DNA of 64,000 nucleotides. It comes from Deltaproteobacteria bacterium (GTDB lineage Bacteria; UBA10199; JACPAL01). The notes under the pieces were generated by a model. It did not search any database, was not told the DNA's origin, and saw only the letters and a program-made list of their open reading frames with translations. The position numbers and the translations under genes are program-made. The stretch is from NCBI GenBank assembly GCA_016180855.1, contig JACPAL010000011.1, positions 7,392 to 71,391 of the forward strand, read 5' to 3'. Shown here piece by piece: positions 8,988 through 18,958 of the stretch. How positions within the stretch are numbered: position 1 is the stretch's first letter; each line of letters starts with the position of its first letter.

Positions 8988-9530
8988 ATGTCAGAAGCAA
9001 CACGATTAGTACTGGGAGCCGGTCTGGGGGGTGCCGCTATCCGTCGAGATGTGGAAGACGGTGATTTTCAGTCGGCAGGCACCTTTGCCATAAGGATTGA
9101 TGAGGCACTGTTGATCGAGCTCGGCAGGAATGGTTCAGAACGGTACGGGTGTAAAGAAAATGTGAAGGCCTGTCGGGAGACCCACAACAACGCCTATTTT
9201 AGGTTAGAGGCCACAGAATCTTTTATGGTGGGTAGTAAAAATGAAGGCGAGGGAGAAAAGATTTCTGGCACAAGGATACTGACACAGGCGGGGGCCGGAT
9301 TTGAGATCCATCGAGTTTGGCCATCATACTTCCGAATTGTCTTTCAGACAACCGGTGGGGTTGCCCTTGCCCCTGTTGGTGAGTTTAATAATTCAAAATG
9401 GGGGGGCTATGCAAGCACCGCCTTCTACATGGGGGGCCCGTCGGTCCTGTTTGGACTAACGCTAACCCCCTACTTTTTCACCGATGAGGTTGATATCTCG
9501 GCGACTGTAGGACCTCGTATTGACTTTTAA
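8988..9530 (+). CDS. hypothetical beta-rich protein ending in Phe
   Basis: ORF opens at 8964, but AAAGGAG sits 5-6 nt before the ATG at 8988. C-terminus GPRIDF is outer-membrane-protein-like. No obvious signal peptide. Confidence 0.5.
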   Translation: MSEATRLVLGAGLGGAAIRRDVEDGDFQSAGTFAIRIDEALLIELGRNGSERYGCKENVKACRETHNNAYFRLEATESFMVGSKNEGEGEKISGTRILTQAGAGFEIHRVWPSYFRIVFQTTGGVALAPVGEFNNSKWGGYASTAFYMGGPSVLFGLTLTPYFFTDEVDISATVGPRIDF

Positions 9531-9586
9531 AATGAGGGAGTAGCTCAGTGCCGTTCGCGCAATCTTGTTTTTGAGACAGTAACGGC

Positions 9587-12500
9587 CTACCCGGTTGGTG
9601 AATCGGCTAATCGCGAAGAGTGCCAGGTTGAGGTAAATTGCCGATGGTATTCCTGAAGTGAACAGACCGTCATCCCCTCTCTTCGAAGCGATTCAATACC
9701 GTCGACTGCGGCACGGCCTGCGGCAACGGTCGTAAAATAAGGAATCCCCTTGATCAGCGCGGTCCGTCGGATTGAGAACGAGTCGAGCGTCGACTGTCGT
9801 CCCTGCACGGTGTTAATCACAAGCGCGATATGCCCTTTAGCCAGTTCATCAACGATGTGAGGCTCTCCTTCAATAACCTTGTTAATTTCCTGAACCTCAA
9901 TCCCCTCGCGCCTTAAATAAGCGGCGGTCCCTCGTGTTGCAACCAGTTGAAAGCCTAATCCCGAAAGCTTCTTGGCAGGTTCTATCAGTTGAGGCTTGTC
10001 TGAGTCCTTGATGCTGATAAAGACCTTGCCGATCATCGGGAGCTGATTGCCGGCCGCCATCTGTGATTTGGCAAAGGCGGTGCCAAAATCCTTTCCGATC
10101 CCCATCACCTCCCCCGTCGATTTCATTTCGGGGCCAAGCAAGGTATCGACCCCGGGAAATTTTGTGAACGGGAAGACCGATTCCTTGACCGAACGATAGG
10201 GGAGCTCCTTCAGGTCGGAAAGGTGGAAATCCTTCAGCTTTCGGCCCGTCATGATCTTCGCGGCAAGCTTCGCGATCGGAATACCGGTCGCCTTGGAAAC
10301 AAATGGCACCGTTCGCGAGGCGCGCGGATTGACTTCAAGAAGATAAAGGATCTCATTTTGAACGGCGTACTGAATATTCATGAGACCGATGACTTTCAAC
10401 TCCCGGGCCAACGCAACCGTCCACTGTTGAATCTCATTCAATATTTTTCTGCTCAAGGAATGCGGTGGCAGACACATGGCACTGTCTCCGGAGTGCACGC
10501 CGGCCTCCTCAATATGTTCCATGATTCCGACAAGTACGACATCCTTTCCGTCACTCAACGCATCGACATCGACTTCCAGTGCCGTATCCAAAAAGCGGTC
10601 GATCAGGATCGGGTGATCCGGCGAAATAGCAGCCGCCTTCTTGGCGAATCGTTCCAACCTCTCTTCATCATGAACAATCTCCATGCCGCGCCCCCCCAAG
10701 ACATAGGAAGGACGGACAAGAACCGGGAAACCGATCTTTCTTGCAACTTGAACCGCTTCTTCGACCGTACGAGCCGTTCCATTCTCCGGTTGACGAAGTT
10801 TGAGTTTATTCACGACGGCGGCAAACAGCTTGCGGTCTTCCGCAAGATCAATCGATTCGGGAGAAGTTCCGAGGATCGGCACCCCTTCCCTCTTCAGAGG
10901 CACTGCCAACTTGAGAGGGGTCTGTCCGCCAAACTGGACAATAACCCCTGTCGGCTTTTCCCGATCGACAATATGAAGGAGATCTTCGAGCGTCAGCGGC
11001 TCAAAGTAGAGTCGGTCCGACGTGTCGTAGTCGGTTGAGACGGTTTCGGGGTTGCAATTGACCATGATCGTCTCAAATCCGTCCTCCTGGAGTGCGAGGC
11101 TCGCGTGGACACAGCAGTAATCGAATTCAATCCCCTGCCCTATCCGGTTAGGTCCCCCTCCAAGAATTATCACCTTTTTTTTCTTGGTTGGTTCAGCCTC
11201 TGTCTCCTCTTCGTAGGTGGAGTAGAGATAAGGGGTTTTTGCAACGAATTCGGCACCACAGGTATCGACCATTTTGTAAACCGGCTGTATCTTCTTGCGG
11301 TGGCGTTGTTTTCGAACCTTTGCTTCGGTTGTATTCCAGAGAGCGGCAAGTCGGCGATCTGAGAAACCGGCCCGCTTGGCGTCGCGCAGAAGATCGGTAT
11401 TTGTCAGGTCTGCCCTGCGAATCCTCTCCTCTTGTTGAATAATCTGCCCGACGTGGTAAAGAAACCAGGGATCGATTGAAGTAAGCCTGTGAATTTCTTT
11501 TAAAGAAATTTTTTGGCGGAATGCCTCTGCGAGTAACCAGAGGCGATCAGGCGTAGGAAGCCGCAGTTGTTTCCGCAACTCTTTGACAGGAAGCCCCTGC
11601 CTCGGTTCCAATCCGTAGCTTCCAATCTCCAGCGAGCGGATCGCCTTTTGTAATGACTCCTGAAAGGTTCGTCCGATCGCCATCACCTCTCCGACGGATT
11701 TCATCTGGGTTGTCAGAATAGCAGCCGTCTCAGGAAATTTTTCGAATGTAAAACGTGGAATTTTAGTGACAACATAATCAATGGTCGGTTCAAAACAGGC
11801 CGGGGTTGATCGTGTGATGTCGTTTAATATTTCGTCGAGCGTATAACCAATCGCCAATTTAGTTGCAATTTTAGCGATTGGAAACCCTGTTGCCTTTGAG
11901 GCGAGTGCCGAGCTTCGGGAAACTCGTGGATTCATCTCAATGACGATCAGTCGACCGGTCTTCGGATGGACAGCAAACTGGATATTGGATCCACCCGTAT
12001 CAACGCCGATCTCGCGTATAATCCGAATCGCCGCATCCCGCATACTCTGATACTCTTTGTCCGTGAGCGTCTGGGCCGGTGCGACGGTGATCGAATCGCC
12101 GGTATGGATTCCCATCGGATCAAAATTTTCTATGGAGCAGATGACTACAACGTTATCTTTTGTGTCTCGCATCACTTCGAGCTCAAACTCTTTCCAGCCG
12201 AGCGCCGATTCCTCGATGAGGATTTGCCTGACAGGACTTGAATCGAGCCCCCACGCGGCAAATTCGGCGAACTCTTTTTCGCTTCTCGCAATATTTCCCC
12301 CACTACCTCCCAGAGTGAATGCGGGTCGAATAATCGCCGGATAGCCGGTCTCTTGGACAACCGCGGAGGCCTCTTGCATTGAATGGGCGAGTCCACTCCG
12401 AGGGACCTCAAGGCCGATTTTCTCCATCGCCTCTTTAAAAAGCCGCCTGTCCTCCGCCTTTTTAATGGCAGGGAGTTTGGCACCGATCAGCTCAACACCC

Positions 12501-12832
12501 TCCTTTTCGAGGATCCCCGCTTCCGCAAGGGCGACCGCCGTGTTGAGCGCAGTCTGTCCTCCGAGTGTTGGCAGGAGGGCATCGGGTTTTTCCCTTCGAA
12601 TGATCGTAGCGACGATCTCCGGCGTGATCGGTTCGATATAGGTCTGATCGGCAAATTCCGGATCGGTCATGATCGTTGCCGGATTGGAGTTGATCAAGAC
12701 GACTTCCAGCCCTTCCGCCTTGAGTGTCTTGCAGGCCTGTGTTCCCGAGTAATCAAACTCGCAGGCCTGACCAATGACGATCGGTCCGGAGCCGATCAGC
12801 ATGACTTTCTTCAAATCGGTACGTTTGGGCAT
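9587..12832 (-). CDS. carB: carbamoyl-phosphate synthase large subunit
   Basis: 1081 aa. Duplicated ATP-grasp halves: [23 protein letters not shown] and [26 protein letters not shown]-like C-terminal domain. Confidence 0.97.
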   Translation of the reverse strand: MPKRTDLKKVMLIGSGPIVIGQACEFDYSGTQACKTLKAEGLEVVLINSNPATIMTDPEFADQTYIEPITPEIVATIIRREKPDALLPTLGGQTALNTAVALAEAGILEKEGVELIGAKLPAIKKAEDRRLFKEAMEKIGLEVPRSGLAHSMQEASAVVQETGYPAIIRPAFTLGGSGGNIARSEKEFAEFAAWGLDSSPVRQILIEESALGWKEFELEVMRDTKDNVVVICSIENFDPMGIHTGDSITVAPAQTLTDKEYQSMRDAAIRIIREIGVDTGGSNIQFAVHPKTGRLIVIEMNPRVSRSSALASKATGFPIAKIATKLAIGYTLDEILNDITRSTPACFEPTIDYVVTKIPRFTFEKFPETAAILTTQMKSVGEVMAIGRTFQESLQKAIRSLEIGSYGLEPRQGLPVKELRKQLRLPTPDRLWLLAEAFRQKISLKEIHRLTSIDPWFLYHVGQIIQQEERIRRADLTNTDLLRDAKRAGFSDRRLAALWNTTEAKVRKQRHRKKIQPVYKMVDTCGAEFVAKTPYLYSTYEEETEAEPTKKKKVIILGGGPNRIGQGIEFDYCCVHASLALQEDGFETIMVNCNPETVSTDYDTSDRLYFEPLTLEDLLHIVDREKPTGVIVQFGGQTPLKLAVPLKREGVPILGTSPESIDLAEDRKLFAAVVNKLKLRQPENGTARTVEEAVQVARKIGFPVLVRPSYVLGGRGMEIVHDEERLERFAKKAAAISPDHPILIDRFLDTALEVDVDALSDGKDVVLVGIMEHIEEAGVHSGDSAMCLPPHSLSRKILNEIQQWTVALARELKVIGLMNIQYAVQNEILYLLEVNPRASRTVPFVSKATGIPIAKLAAKIMTGRKLKDFHLSDLKELPYRSVKESVFPFTKFPGVDTLLGPEMKSTGEVMGIGKDFGTAFAKSQMAAGNQLPMIGKVFISIKDSDKPQLIEPAKKLSGLGFQLVATRGTAAYLRREGIEVQEINKVIEGEPHIVDELAKGHIALVINTVQGRQSTLDSFSIRRTALIKGIPYFTTVAAGRAAVDGIESLRREGMTVCSLQEYHRQFTSTWHSSRLADSPTG

Positions 12833-14034
12833 TACATCGCCTCCGGTTTGTACCCGGCTCCTTCTATTCTTGCGAGAATCGACCCGATATGCCTCTTCCC
12901 CTTTGTCTCCAGTGTAACCTTGACCTGCGTGCAGTTGATCGGGCCGGAGTAGAAGGCGCGGTCATGCTCAACTTCAAGGACATTCGCCCCCTCTTCCTTG
13001 ATAATATTCAGAAGGGCCGCCAACTGTCCCGGTACATCGGGGATAAGAACGACAATACGTGCGATCCTTCCTGTTTGAGCCAGTCCGCGATTTAAAATCC
13101 GAGCTATCTGGGTAAAATCGATGTTGCCGCCGCTTAAAAGCAGGACCGTATTCTTTCCCTTCTCCCCCGCCACCCCTTTCTGAACGGCAGCCAGCGTAGT
13201 TGCCGCAGCCCCCTCCACAACCGCCTTGGAACGATCCATGAGGGAAAGCACGGCTTGGGCGATTTCATCGTCATCGACTTGAACCATCCGGTCGACATAT
13301 TTTTGGATGTATTCCAGGCAGAGTTTCCCCGGCTGATTCACCCGTATCCCGTCCGCAAAAGTGGTTGAGTGGTCAAGATGAACCAGACTTTTTTTCTGAA
13401 ACGACAAAACGGCCGCATTCGCTCCGCTCGCCTGAACACCGGTAATTTTTATCTTCGGATTCGATTCCTTGAGTACCATTGAAACACCCGAGATGAGCCC
13501 TCCGCCACCCACCGGGACAACTACTTCGTCGACGGAAGGGAGCTGTCTTAAGATCTCCAGGCCGACAACGCCCTGGCCCGCAATGATCGTCTCGTCATCA
13601 AAGGCCGGGATGAAGGTAAGCCCACGTTCCTTCGAGAGGGAGAGTGCGCAGTCAAGACTCTCTTCGAAAGACTCTCCCCTCTCAAGCACCTCGGCTCCAT
13701 AAGAACGGGTGTTTTCGAGCTTAACGAGGGGGGCTCCATTCGGCATGACAATCAGTGCCGGAATTCCAACCAACTTGGCTGCCAAGGCAACTCCTTGAGC
13801 ATGGTTTCCCATCGAGGCGGCAACGACCCCCCTTTTTCTCTCCTCTCCGGAGAGTGATAGAATTTTGTTCAGGGCTCCCCTGATTTTGAAGGATCCGGTC
13901 CTCTGCAGGGTCTCCAGTTTTGAATAAAGGACGACCCCGCGACAGTCGAGTTCTGACGATCGTTCGAGCGGCGTGACAAAGTGGTAATCCTTAAGTCTCT
14001 CCTCCACCGCCTGAATCTCTTTTCGTTGCAACAT
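12832..14034 (-). CDS. ilvA: threonine ammonia-lyase (threonine dehydratase)-like PLP enzyme with C-terminal ACT-like domain
   Basis: 400 aa. PLP-Lys context GSFKIRGA, plus GNHAQG and GGGGLISG. 1-nt TGATG/TAATG coupling to carA and carB on either side. Confidence 0.8.
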   Translation of the reverse strand: MLQRKEIQAVEERLKDYHFVTPLERSSELDCRGVVLYSKLETLQRTGSFKIRGALNKILSLSGEERKRGVVAASMGNHAQGVALAAKLVGIPALIVMPNGAPLVKLENTRSYGAEVLERGESFEESLDCALSLSKERGLTFIPAFDDETIIAGQGVVGLEILRQLPSVDEVVVPVGGGGLISGVSMVLKESNPKIKITGVQASGANAAVLSFQKKSLVHLDHSTTFADGIRVNQPGKLCLEYIQKYVDRMVQVDDDEIAQAVLSLMDRSKAVVEGAAATTLAAVQKGVAGEKGKNTVLLLSGGNIDFTQIARILNRGLAQTGRIARIVVLIPDVPGQLAALLNIIKEEGANVLEVEHDRAFYSGPINCTQVKVTLETKGKRHIGSILARIEGAGYKPEAM

Positions 14035-15167
14035 CAGATTCGATTCTCCTTCATGAGGTTGATAAATCTTTCAAAGAGATAATGGGCATCATGCGGCCCC
14101 GGTGACGCCTCAGGATGGTATTGGACGGAAAAAACCGGCAGGTCGGTCAGTCGCATCCCTTCCACTGTCTTGTCGTTTAAATTGATATGGGTCAGTTCGG
14201 CCTTACCCTTCAGTGAATCGGTGTCGACTGCAAAACCGTGGTTTTGTGCGGTAATCTCCACCTTTCTTGTCGTGAGGTCCATAACAGGCTGATTCCCACC
14301 GTGATGACCGAACTTGAGCTTGTAGGTCTTCCCCCCAAGGGCGAGTCCCAATAGCTGGTGCCCCAGGCAGATTCCAAAGAGGGGAACTTTCCCCAGGAGT
14401 GATCGGATTGTTTTAACGGCGTAGGTGACCGGCTCCGGATCGCCCGGTCCGTTGGAGAGAAAGACCCCGTCCGGTCTCTTTTTGAGGACCTCTTCTGCTG
14501 GCGTGGAGGCAGGGACAACGGTGACATGGCATCCGGCATCAACGAGATTTCTGAGGATGTTCTGCTTGATGCCGAAGTCGTAGGCGATGACATGTATCCC
14601 CCCCTCACCCCCCCTTAAACGGGGGGAGAGACTCCACACCCCCTTTGTCCACCGATACGGCCTCTTACAGGTCACCTCTTTCACGAGGTCCCGACCAACC
14701 ATTTTGGGAGCCAACCGGACCTCTCTCAAAAGTTTTTTTGTATTGAGTTCTTTTGTGGAAATAATCCCCATTTTGGAACCGTAGTCCCGCAGATGTCTCG
14801 TCAGTTTTCTCGTATCGATCCCTTCAATCGCAAGAATCTTATTCTTCTTGAGATAAGATCCCAACTCCTCTCTTGCCCGGAAGTTTGACGGGACCGGGTT
14901 ATAGTGCCGAACGACAAACCCTTCAACAAAGGGATGTGAGGACTCGACATCCTCCGTATTGACCCCGTAATTACCGATCTCCGGATAGGTCATGACGACG
15001 ATCTGGCCCTTATAGGATGGGTCCGTCAGAATCTCCTGGTAGCCGGTCATGCTCGTGTTGAAAACGATCTCGCCAATCGCCTCACCTGCATGACCGAAGG
15101 AACGTCCCTCAAAAACGAGACCATCTTCCAATACAAGCAGGCTCCTAAACTTTCCCATTTGAGGCAT
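14034..15167 (-). CDS. carA: carbamoyl-phosphate synthase small (glutaminase) subunit
   Basis: GATase catalytic GICLGHQLL and [12 protein letters not shown]. The ORF opens at TTG 15188, but GGGAGGAGAGG precedes the ATG at 15167 ([16 protein letters not shown]). Confidence 0.95.
   Translation of the reverse strand: MPQMGKFRSLLVLEDGLVFEGRSFGHAGEAIGEIVFNTSMTGYQEILTDPSYKGQIVVMTYPEIGNYGVNTEDVESSHPFVEGFVVRHYNPVPSNFRAREELGSYLKKNKILAIEGIDTRKLTRHLRDYGSKMGIISTKELNTKKLLREVRLAPKMVGRDLVKEVTCKRPYRWTKGVWSLSPRLRGGEGGIHVIAYDFGIKQNILRNLVDAGCHVTVVPASTPAEEVLKKRPDGVFLSNGPGDPEPVTYAVKTIRSLLGKVPLFGICLGHQLLGLALGGKTYKLKFGHHGGNQPVMDLTTRKVEITAQNHGFAVDTDSLKGKAELTHINLNDKTVEGMRLTDLPVFSVQYHPEASPGPHDAHYLFERFINLMKENRI
14598..14630 (+). 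repeat. C-run/G-run element, short form (C) inside the carA CDS
   Basis: CCCCCCCTCACCCCCCC-TTAAAC-GGGGGGAGAG, a 6-bp G:C stem with a 6-nt loop. Translated on the minus strand as [10 protein letters not shown] in the inter-domain linker just before HVIAYDFG. Confidence 0.6.
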
Positions 15168-16443
15168 AAACGACCTCTCCTCCCACAATCGTATATCTCA
15201 CCTTTCCCTTTAGCTTCCAGCCGTTAAAGGGACAGTTTCTTGCCTTTGACTTAAATCTGGAACTATCAATAACAACATCCACCTCCGGGTCAAAAAGCGT
15301 GATATCCGCATCTGCGGAGCCGGGGGTGAGATTCCCCTTGTTCTTCTCCTGCAGGATTCGGGCTGGTCCACGACTCAACTTCTCAAGCAAGAGGGGAAGT
15401 GCCTTCTTCTTCCCCATCTCTTTTAGAAGGAGGGAGAGACAGACCGGCAGGCAGGTTTCAAGACCGACGATTCCATTCGCTGCCCTGACAAACTCAACCT
15501 CCTTCTCGAAAGGGGCGTGGGGGGCATGATCTGTGGCAATCGCATCGATTGTGCCGTTCAGTAATCCCCTGACAAGCGCCTTTTGATCTGCTTCAGAGCG
15601 GAGTGGCGGGCGGACCTTCATAAAGCGATGATAATCCCTGACAGACTCATCGGTCAGGGTGAGATGATGGGGCGTTACCTCGCAGGTCACACGAACACCG
15701 CGCTTTTTGGCGGCCGTAACGAGTTCCAGACCGACAGCCGTTGTCAGATGAGCAATATGAAGTTTGGCCCCCGTGAGTTCTGCGAGCGCAATATCTCGGG
15801 CTACCATTAATTCTTCAGCGGCATTGGGTGAACCCGGGAGCCCCAACTCCGTTGCGACAACCCCTTCATTAATGGAGGCCTCTCCCGAAAGCGACTCATC
15901 TTCACAGTGGGTAACGACCAGCAGGTTAAATCCAGCGGCGTATTGCAGCGCCTTCCTCATCAGGGCACTGTTCATCACTGTCTTTCCATCATCTGAAATT
16001 CCGACAATACCGGCCTCCGCCATCTGACCGATTTCAGAGAGCACCTTCCCTTCGAGCCCTTTCGAAATTGCCCCAAGCGGAAAGAGATTCACCCTTCCCT
16101 CTTCGCGTGCCTTGTTACGAATATACTCCGTGATAACCGCATTATCATTGACTGGCTGTGTATTGGCCATGCAGACGACGGAACTGAACCCTCCGGCGGC
16201 GGCCGCTTCGGTCCCGGTTCGGATCGTCTCCTTATATTCATAGCCTGGTTCCCGAAGATGGGTGTGAAGATCAATAAATCCGGGTGATACAATCAAACCA
16301 CTTGCATCAATCGTTCGGTCAGCCTTCGTTTTAATGTTTTGGCTTATCGTCTTGACCTTGCCGTCCCGGATCAGAAGGTCAAAACGTCCCTCTCTCTTAT
16401 TGGCAGGATCTATTAAATAACCATTTTTAATGAGGAGATTCAT
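15145..16443 (-). CDS. pyrC: dihydroorotase
   Basis: [10 protein letters not shown] and DHAPH metal-binding motifs. The ATG at 16443 forms an ATGA overlap with the pyrB stop ([13 protein letters not shown]). The ORF track extends to 16464. Confidence 0.92.
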   Translation of the reverse strand: MNLLIKNGYLIDPANKREGRFDLLIRDGKVKTISQNIKTKADRTIDASGLIVSPGFIDLHTHLREPGYEYKETIRTGTEAAAAGGFSSVVCMANTQPVNDNAVITEYIRNKAREEGRVNLFPLGAISKGLEGKVLSEIGQMAEAGIVGISDDGKTVMNSALMRKALQYAAGFNLLVVTHCEDESLSGEASINEGVVATELGLPGSPNAAEELMVARDIALAELTGAKLHIAHLTTAVGLELVTAAKKRGVRVTCEVTPHHLTLTDESVRDYHRFMKVRPPLRSEADQKALVRGLLNGTIDAIATDHAPHAPFEKEVEFVRAANGIVGLETCLPVCLSLLLKEMGKKKALPLLLEKLSRGPARILQEKNKGNLTPGSADADITLFDPEVDVVIDSSRFKSKARNCPFNGWKLKGKVRYTIVGGEVVYASNGKV

Positions 16444-17474
16444 AGGCGACTTTTTCCTCCCCACAGGGAGAGGACAGCCATCCGCACGGCGGTGGCATTT
16501 TCGACCTGTTTCAGAATGATTGTCTGCGGCCCTTGTTTGTCACGATTGTCGGCAATCTCCGGATCAATCTCAATCCCGCGATTGATAGGACCTGGGTGCA
16601 TGATCAACGCCTCCCTCTTGAGAAGGGGGAGACGATCGGAGGTGAGCCCATAAAAACGGCTGTATTCGGCAAGGCTTGGAAAGTTTAACGATTCCTGTCT
16701 CTCCTTCTGGATTCGGAGCAGCATAATAACATCGGCTTCTCTGAGATGTTTGTTCAGATCAGTAGAGACATGAGAGGCCCCGAGCTTTTCAAGACCGGGA
16801 GGCAGAAGGGTTGCCGGTCCAACCGCGGTTACCTTGGCCCCCAATTTTGAGAACCCATAGATATTGGAGCGTGCAACGCGGCTGTAGGCGATATCCCCCA
16901 CAATCAAGAGTCGAATCCCAGAAATCTTGCCAAGGATCTCCCGAACGGTAAACAGATCCACAAGGGCTTGTGTCGGATGTTCATGCGAGCCGTCTCCCGC
17001 ATTAACGACTCCTGCCGTTGTGTAATGGGCGATCAAACCGGGGACACCGCTTGCCGCGTGTCTGACAACAAGAAGATCCGGCCTCATCGCCTCGAGATTC
17101 TCCACCATATCCTTGAGGCTCTCCCCCTTGCTTAAGCTGGAGGTCTGGGGGGACATATTCAAAACCTGGGCCGACAGTTTTCTAGCCGCCAACTCGAAGG
17201 AGGTTCGTGTGCGGGTTGACGGTTCAAAGAAGAGATTCATGACTGTCTTGCCGGCGAGGTCCGTCGCCTTAAAATTTTCATTATGAAGTCTTCTCTTATA
17301 ATCGACGGCCTGATCGAGAATGGACGTGATCTGGGGCGCCTTAAGATCCCTTAAACCAAGCAAATCCTTAGGCCTGTTCGCTGAGGCCCTCTGGGCAGAG
17401 GAGGTTAAAAAAAAACCCTCTGCCTTGTTAGGCGGAGGGCTCTTAACCAATCGAACCACTGGTCTCTGCTTCAT
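16440..17474 (-). CDS. pyrB: aspartate carbamoyltransferase catalytic chain (5' end uncertain)
   Basis: FFEPSTRTR, HPTQ and HPGP motifs. The first ~37 codons from the ATG at 17474 contain a terminator-like hairpin plus T9. By length comparison with typical PyrB, the conserved protein begins near TTG 17363 (LLGLRDL..). Confidence 0.88.
   Translation of the reverse strand: MKQRPVVRLVKSPPPNKAEGFFLTSSAQRASANRPKDLLGLRDLKAPQITSILDQAVDYKRRLHNENFKATDLAGKTVMNLFFEPSTRTRTSFELAARKLSAQVLNMSPQTSSLSKGESLKDMVENLEAMRPDLLVVRHAASGVPGLIAHYTTAGVVNAGDGSHEHPTQALVDLFTVREILGKISGIRLLIVGDIAYSRVARSNIYGFSKLGAKVTAVGPATLLPPGLEKLGASHVSTDLNKHLREADVIMLLRIQKERQESLNFPSLAEYSRFYGLTSDRLPLLKREALIMHPGPINRGIEIDPEIADNRDKQGPQTIILKQVENATAVRMAVLSLWGGKSRL
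17407..17439 (-). terminator. intrinsic terminator / attenuator candidate upstream of (or within the annotated 5' end of) pyrB
   Basis: Minus strand reads CCCTCCGCC-TAACAA-GGCAGAGGG, 8 of 9 pairs, immediately followed by T9. It lies ~65 nt after the stop of 17510..17905. Confidence 0.6.
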
Positions 17475-17509
17475 TAAAGGCGGGTGTGTAATCTAATGAC
17501 AGACCTCTG

Positions 17510-17905
17510 TCAAGACCGCTCCATCCCAGAAGAGAAAGAGAAACGTGGAAATGGGCCAAACAAAAAACTCGTCGGAAAGTGGCAATGGTTCTCCGAGAGT
17601 GACATCCCGTAACTTTCAAGCAAATCCCTGTAAATTCTGTCTAGATTTTGATCTTTCTCGCTTAATGGCTCACCTTTGTCGAGTAGAAAGTTGGCATAAT
17701 CGGTCCTCGTCTCTTCATATCCGTCGATAAGCCTCTGACAAGTCTCTCTATTGCTCTCCTCTTCCCTTTCCTCTTCCCTTTTGGCCGGTATCTCACTGAC
17801 TTCAGCGACTCCTAGACCAGCACCTATGGCGGGTATGATACAACCAGTCGCAAGAAGCGGGAGACTCTTCAATGCATATCTGCCAAGGGCTCCAAGAGGA
17901 CTCAT
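17510..17905 (-). CDS. hypothetical small protein, possible lipoprotein
   Basis: ORF opens at TTG 17986. The ATG at 17905 gives MSPLGALGRYALKSLPLLATGC, a signal with an ATGC box like the one at 6373. Acidic EEREEE stretch. No family recognised. Confidence 0.45.
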   Translation of the reverse strand: MSPLGALGRYALKSLPLLATGCIIPAIGAGLGVAEVSEIPAKREEEREEESNRETCQRLIDGYEETRTDYANFLLDKGEPLSEKDQNLDRIYRDLLESYGMSLSENHCHFPTSFLFGPFPRFSFSSGMERS

Positions 17906-18074
17906 GGGAAGGCTTATGCCCTCTATTCGTTTTAAAAGTCCAGTGAATTTATTCGGTGGAGAAGAAGTTGAGTGGAGCTTACCCAAAATTTCCGACTGAT
18001 TTGATCTAAGCTTTTGATTTTCCGATTCGGTCTTGGCCCCTTGACTGGAGCGATTAAAACTTCAGTTAGTTGTT

Positions 18075-18110
18075 ATCAATGGTGCTATCAATGGTGCCAG
18101 GCACGTCTGG
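18075..18110. repeat. left inverted repeat of the RayT unit
   Basis: ATCAATGGTGCTATCAATGGTGCCAGGCACGTCTGG. Its reverse complement, CCAGACGTGCCTGGCACCATTGAT..GCACCATTGAT, matches the right repeat. Confidence 0.65.
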
Positions 18111-18136
18111 AACCTATTGAAAAATAATGAAAGCCA

Positions 18137-18781
18137 TTAAAAATCTCCTGTAGATAACCCCAAGTTTTTTCCGAACCTTTCGCTCCCAATAAATCTCGCG
18201 TCACTGAACTCAGATTTCCTATAAGAATCAGCAGGTAAGGTCGTATTCACGTAATCCCTATAGGCCTTTCTGCGAAATTCCGGGTTGGAACTCAAACCAA
18301 GATAAGTGGGATGAACCTCCAGTAAGTCATTCGGTTCGCCAAGGGCATAGAATTGATAACCGCTCCATTTCCAATCCCCCGGTTTTTCAACAATCCCAGC
18401 GCGGACGGGATTTCGATTCATATATCGCATCAGATCCAAGGCGTAATCATCCGATTCTATGGGGATGCTTTTATAACGATCCAACCAAAAGTGCCCCTTT
18501 CTCTTTTTCCGTCTATTATAATCCCGAGCGTAGGCCCAGTTGATCAATAGCATCGTTTTTTGAAGTGGCACCACTTCAGATGGTTGCAAGAGCAGATGGA
18601 CATGGGAGTTCATCAGCTCATAATTGAACAGCCGAAACCGATGTTTCTTTTTGAAAAAGCGAAGAACGGATAAATAGTGAGAAAAATCTTCATCGGATTC
18701 GAAATAAAACTCCCGATTATTGCAGCGAACAATGACATGATAATGAAGCTCACTGGATTGAACTCGAGGAGATCGTCCCAT
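18137..18781 (-). CDS. REP-associated tyrosine transposase (RayT) / IS200-like Y1 transposase
   Basis: HYHVIVRCNNREF, HUH motif NSHVHLLLQP and catalytic-Tyr context LMRYMNRNPV. The ORF opens at 18874. The ATG at 18781 (MGRSPRV..) fits the family length. Confidence 0.8.
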   Translation of the reverse strand: MGRSPRVQSSELHYHVIVRCNNREFYFESDEDFSHYLSVLRFFKKKHRFRLFNYELMNSHVHLLLQPSEVVPLQKTMLLINWAYARDYNRRKKRKGHFWLDRYKSIPIESDDYALDLMRYMNRNPVRAGIVEKPGDWKWSGYQFYALGEPNDLLEVHPTYLGLSSNPEFRRKAYRDYVNTTLPADSYRKSEFSDARFIGSERFGKNLGLSTGDF

Positions 18782-18913
18782 ACCGGGGGAGGGAAAAGCA
18801 AACGCCGTGCCAAGGCTTATCGCAGAAATAATCCGTTTTCCGTGGATAATAGTTCGATTTTCAGATGGTACCAACCGATTTTCGAACTCTAATCATTTTA
18901 ATTTCAAGGGGTT

Positions 18914-18955
18914 CCATGCGTGCCTGGCACCATCGTTTTCGTGTGGCACCATTGC
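18914..18955. repeat. right inverted repeat of the RayT unit
   Basis: CCATGCGTGCCTGGCACCATCGTTTTCGTGTGGCACCATTGC. Ends 3 nt before the hemH stop codon. Confidence 0.65.
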
Positions 18956-18958
18956 TTT

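Larger units (their letters stand above)
18075..18955 (-). mobile_element. REPtron-like unit: RayT/IS200-like Y1 transposase gene flanked by inverted REP-like repeats
   Basis: The transposase ORF is bracketed by imperfect inverted repeats, each holding the palindromic core GTGCC(A/T)GGCAC plus GCACCAT(T/C)G copies. Confidence 0.7.

Noticed and set aside
9531-9586. Bidirectional terminator between the 188-aa ORF and carB
   Set aside because: Only a 6-bp GCCGTT/AACGGC pairing with a 25-nt loop, too weak to call.
10223-11038. 271-codon ORF antisense to carB, plus several shorter ones up to 12952
   Set aside because: Embedded in the highly conserved carB. No SD and no recognisable domain.
17384-17398. 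PyrR-binding-loop-like sequence CTGCCCAGAGGGCCT (minus strand) near the pyrB 5' end
   Set aside because: It resembles UCCAGAGAGGCU, but it lies downstream of the terminator hairpin rather than upstream in an anti-antiterminator. No pyrR is visible in the window.
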